Origin: an uncultured Candidatus Binatia bacterium
GTDB lineage: Bacteria; Desulfobacterota; Binatia; UBA9968; JAJDTQ01
DNA: 64,000 nucleotides
Assembly: GCA_965215605.1 (NCBI GenBank)
Contig: OZ244070.1
Span: 2,688,001 to 2,752,000 of the forward strand
Direction of reading: 5' to 3'
In this document: positions 60,649 to 64,000 of the stretch, in pieces
Layout: every line of letters starts with the position of its first letter
Position numbering within the stretch: position 1 is the first letter of the stretch
Made by a program: the position numbers and the translations under genes
The notes under the pieces: generated by a model
What the model was told of the DNA's origin: nothing
What the model saw: the letters and a program-made list of their open reading frames with translations, nothing else
The model's database searches: none

Positions 60649-61389
60649 ATGAGGGTGCTTGGAATCGATACATCGACCGTTCTGCTGAGCGTCGCGGTCC
60701 TGGACAATGGCCGGATCGCCGCCGAGTGCGAGCGGGAGTCGGCGCAGACCGGGGACCGGCGGCCGGGCCGTTCGAACCACGCCGAGGGGCTTATTCCGCT
60801 CATCGAGGAAGTGCTCGCGCGGGCGGCGATGGACCTGTCGAGTCTTTCGCTGCTGGGGGTGGCCGTGGGGCCCGGCTCCTTCACCGGACTGCGGATCGGC
60901 ATCAGCACGGCCAAGGGCCTCGTATACGGCTCGGACACCCCGATGATGGGGGTGCGGACCCTCGAGGCCATGGCGTACCGGGTGCCTCCGGGCGACGCCG
61001 CCAACTTCGTCTGCCCCTTGATGGACGCGCGCAAGGGCGAGGTCTACGGGGCGTTGTACCGCCGTACCACGGCGACCCTCGAGTGCCTCATCGAAGACTC
61101 GGTGGCGGCGCCCGAGTCCATGGTCCGGCGGGCCGATGCCATGGCCTCGGGCTCGTGCGTCTTCGTGGGGTCCGGCGCCCGGGCATACGCCGAGCTGATC
61201 GCCCGGTGCACCGGCGGCCGCGCCCGGATCACCGGCGGCGCCGGGTTCCCCACCACCGCCTCGGCCGTCGCCAGGATCGCCGAAGCGAGGTTCCGGGCCG
61301 CGCCGGAAGCCGCCGCCGCGCCGTTGACGCCGCACTACATCCGGCCCCCGGACGCCGTGGTCGGAGCCGGCCGGGACGCCTCCCGGTAG
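60649..61389 (+). CDS. tsaB: tRNA threonylcarbamoyladenosine biosynthesis protein TsaB
   Basis: GIDTST, GPGSFTGLRIG, DARKGEVY. Confidence 0.95.
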   Translation: MRVLGIDTSTVLLSVAVLDNGRIAAECERESAQTGDRRPGRSNHAEGLIPLIEEVLARAAMDLSSLSLLGVAVGPGSFTGLRIGISTAKGLVYGSDTPMMGVRTLEAMAYRVPPGDAANFVCPLMDARKGEVYGALYRRTTATLECLIEDSVAAPESMVRRADAMASGSCVFVGSGARAYAELIARCTGGRARITGGAGFPTTASAVARIAEARFRAAPEAAAAPLTPHYIRPPDAVVGAGRDASR

Positions 61390-61441
61390 ACGCAGGGCTA
61401 TTCAAACGCCCCGTTTCCCCTTCGTCATTCCCGCCGGCGCA

Positions 61442-61470
61442 TTGACAACAAAGCGGCCGTTGGATACATT
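61442..61470 (+). promoter_or_regulatory. Sigma70-type promoter for DUF465-ilvBN
   Basis: TTGACA-N17-TACATT. Confidence 0.6.
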
Positions 61471-61508
61471 TGACGGCTTGCCCCAATCATCGATCAGGAG
61501 GTCGTCCA

Positions 61509-61736
61509 ATGGAGGAGAGAGAGGAACGAATGATTGCCTCTGTCTTGGATCAGGACCCGGAACTGCGCAAATATTATGAAGAACACCTGGAGTACGAGAA
61601 ACGCTTGGTGGACTTGCACGACAAGGGCTATCTGTCACCGGAAGAGGAGATGGAGAAGAAACGCATCCAGAAGCTGAAGCTCGTGGGCAAGGACAGGATC
61701 ATGCAGATTCTCGGCAAGTACAAGTCCACGAGCTAG
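61509..61736 (+). CDS. DUF465/YdcH family small protein
   Basis: AGGAGG RBS; EH..YE...KLKLVGKD pattern. Confidence 0.8.
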   Translation: MEEREERMIASVLDQDPELRKYYEEHLEYEKRLVDLHDKGYLSPEEEMEKKRIQKLKLVGKDRIMQILGKYKSTS

Positions 61737-61763
61737 TGGCGCGGGCCATCGGGGGAGAGAACG

Positions 61764-63539
61764 ATGAAGTTGACCGGGTCGGAAATATTTGTGGAGTCGC
61801 TCAAGCGCGAGGGAGTGAAGACGATCTTCGGCATTCCCGGCGGAGTGGTCCTCAAGCTGTTCGATGTCCTGCACCAACAGAAAGATGTCGAGGTTATCCT
61901 GACCCGGCACGAGCAGGGTGCGATCCACATGGCCGAGGGCTACGGCAAGGCCACGGGCAAGGCGGGTGTGGCGCTGGTGACCTCGGGTCCGGGCATGACC
62001 AACATCGTCACCGGCCTCCAGGACGCCATGATGGACTCGGTCCCGCTGGTGGCATTCACCGGGCAGGTCCCCACCAACCTCATCGGCAACGACGCGTTCC
62101 AGGAAGCCGACAACATCGGCATCAGCCGTCCCTGCACCAAGCACAACGTCCTGGTGAAGGATGTGGCCGACCTCGCGGCCACCATCAAGGAAGCCTTCTA
62201 CATCGCCAACACCGGCCGCCCCGGCCCGGTGCTGGTGGACATCCCCAAGGACGTGAGCACCGAGTCGGCTGAATTCCGCTATCCTGACAAGGTCGACCTG
62301 CGGGGATACCGCCCGACGGTGGCCGGCAACCGCTACCAGATCAAGCAGGCGGCGGGCGAGCTTCTGAAGGCCAAGCGGCCGGTCATCTATGTCGGCGGCG
62401 GGGCGATTTTCTCCGGCGCGGCCAACGAGGTCAAGGAGTTCGCGGAGTTGACGCAGATCCCGGTGACCATGACAGTCATGGGGCTGGGCGCTTTCCCGGG
62501 AACGCATCCGCTGTGCATGGGGATGCTCGGCATGCACGGCACCTACTGCGCCAACATGGCCATGCACGAGGCGGATCTTCTCATCGCCGTGGGCGCGCGC
62601 TTTGACGACCGCGTCACCGGCAAGCTGTCGGAGTTCTCGCCCAGGGCCCGGGTCATCCATATCGACATCGACCCCACTTCCATCAAGAAGAACGTCCATG
62701 CCCACATTCCCATCGTGGGCGACGTGAAGACGGTGTTGCGCGAGCTGGTGGGCGTGCTGAGCTCCATGGACGGCAACCCCGCCAGCGTCAAGGCGCAGCG
62801 GCGGCCGTGGCAGAAGCAGGTGAACGAATGGGCCGCCGCGCATCCGCTGTCCTACCAGCAGGAGGGCAAGAAGGAGACCAAGCCCCAGTACGTCATCGAG
62901 AAGGCGTACGAGATGACGAAGCACAAGGCCATCGTCGTCACCGACGTGGGTCAGCACCAGATGTGGGCGGCCCAGTACTTCAGGGGCGCCACCCAGCGCA
63001 CCTTCCTCACCTCGGGCGGGCTGGGCACCATGGGGTTCGGTTTTCCGGCCGCCATCGGCGCGCAGAAGGCCTATCCCAACAAGACCGTGCTGTGCATCAC
63101 CAGCGAAGGCAGCTTCCAGATGAATCCCCAGGAACTGGCCGTGGCCGCCATCTACAAGCTGCCGGTGAAGATCATCCTGCTCAACAACCAGTTCCACGGC
63201 ATGGTGCGGCAGTGGCAGGACCTGTTCTACGAGGGGCGCTACGCCTCCAGCGACTTGGGCACCACCCCCGACTTCGTGAAGCTGGCGGAAGCCTACGGCA
63301 TCCTCGGGCTTCAGTCGGACGGCCCCTCGGACGTGGAGGCGGTGTTGAAGGAGGGGCTCAAGCACAAGGGTCCGGTGTTGATGAACTTCGCCATCGACCG
63401 GTTCGAGAACTGCTATCCGATGATCCCGGCAGGCGGGGCTCATCACGAGATGGTGCTGGAGGATCCGCCGCACATGAAGACCGTGCGCAAGGGCTCGCGA
63501 AAAAAGGGTGAGGATGCGGACGCCGTCCTGCCGGCGTAG
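61764..63539 (+). CDS. ilvB: Acetolactate synthase large subunit
   Basis: RHEQGA, TSGPG, GMHG, DVGQHQMW, GMVRQWQ. Confidence 0.97.
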   Translation: MKLTGSEIFVESLKREGVKTIFGIPGGVVLKLFDVLHQQKDVEVILTRHEQGAIHMAEGYGKATGKAGVALVTSGPGMTNIVTGLQDAMMDSVPLVAFTGQVPTNLIGNDAFQEADNIGISRPCTKHNVLVKDVADLAATIKEAFYIANTGRPGPVLVDIPKDVSTESAEFRYPDKVDLRGYRPTVAGNRYQIKQAAGELLKAKRPVIYVGGGAIFSGAANEVKEFAELTQIPVTMTVMGLGAFPGTHPLCMGMLGMHGTYCANMAMHEADLLIAVGARFDDRVTGKLSEFSPRARVIHIDIDPTSIKKNVHAHIPIVGDVKTVLRELVGVLSSMDGNPASVKAQRRPWQKQVNEWAAAHPLSYQQEGKKETKPQYVIEKAYEMTKHKAIVVTDVGQHQMWAAQYFRGATQRTFLTSGGLGTMGFGFPAAIGAQKAYPNKTVLCITSEGSFQMNPQELAVAAIYKLPVKIILLNNQFHGMVRQWQDLFYEGRYASSDLGTTPDFVKLAEAYGILGLQSDGPSDVEAVLKEGLKHKGPVLMNFAIDRFENCYPMIPAGGAHHEMVLEDPPHMKTVRKGSRKKGEDADAVLPA

Positions 63540-63550
63540 GGATTTGGCGG

Positions 63551-64000
63551 ATGGAACATATCATTTCGGTTCTGGTTGAGAACAAGGCGGGTGTGCTCGC
63601 ACGGGTGGCCGGCCTGTTCAGCGCGCGGAACTACAACATCGAGAGTCTTTCGGTGGCGCCCAGCCCGGATTCCACCATCTCCATGATCACGATCGTGACC
63701 TCCGGCGAGGAGCTCATCATCGAGCAGATCATGAAGCAGCTCAACAAGGTCATCGAGGTCCTCAAGGTGGTCGACCTGACCGAAGAGGACCACGTCGACC
63801 GTGAAACGGCGCTCATCAAGATCGGGGCCAAGCAGTCGCATCGGGACGAGGCCATTCGAATCGCGCAAATCTTCCGCGCCAACATCGTCGACTCGACGCC
63901 ACAGACCTATACCCTCGAGGTGTCGGGAGATGCCGGCAAGATCCAGGCGGTGATCAATCTGTTGAAGCCCATGGGCATCAAGGAGATCGTCCGCACCGGC
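63551..64000 (+). CDS. ilvN: Acetolactate synthase small subunit, runs off window end
   Basis: MEHIISVLVENKAGVLARVAGLFSARNYNIES ACT domain. Confidence 0.95.
   Translation, partial: MEHIISVLVENKAGVLARVAGLFSARNYNIESLSVAPSPDSTISMITIVTSGEELIIEQIMKQLNKVIEVLKVVDLTEEDHVDRETALIKIGAKQSHRDEAIRIAQIFRANIVDSTPQTYTLEVSGDAGKIQAVINLLKPMGIKEIVRTG

Overview
High-GC bacterial chromosome segment. The lineage is not determinable here; gene content suggests a deltaproteobacteria-like group such as Binatia, possibly sponge-associated (inference only). Left part (1-33.5 kb): a LysW-dependent operon (lysW-lysX-lysY-[Ntn hydrolase]-lysZ-lysJ) with no lysK in the window, a convergent amidohydrolase-GH84-senA-senB selenoneine-type operon with no senC in the window, ABC/RND/SulP transporters, egtD, a lytic transglycosylase and yggS-yggT. 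Middle (33.5-43.0 kb): a visibly more AT-rich island beside tRNA-Leu(GAG) with a fused squalene epoxidase-oxidosqualene cyclase, a GPP34-cytochrome P450 fusion, an MMPL/RND transporter and mobile-element debris. Right part: core genes (secG, tpiA, pgk, tol-pal, ribF, rho, rpsB-tsf-pyrH-frr-uppS-cdsA-dxr-rseP-tsaB, ilvBN). A short repeat family starts at three CTAG stop codons. All calls come from motif recognition by eye; no searches were run.
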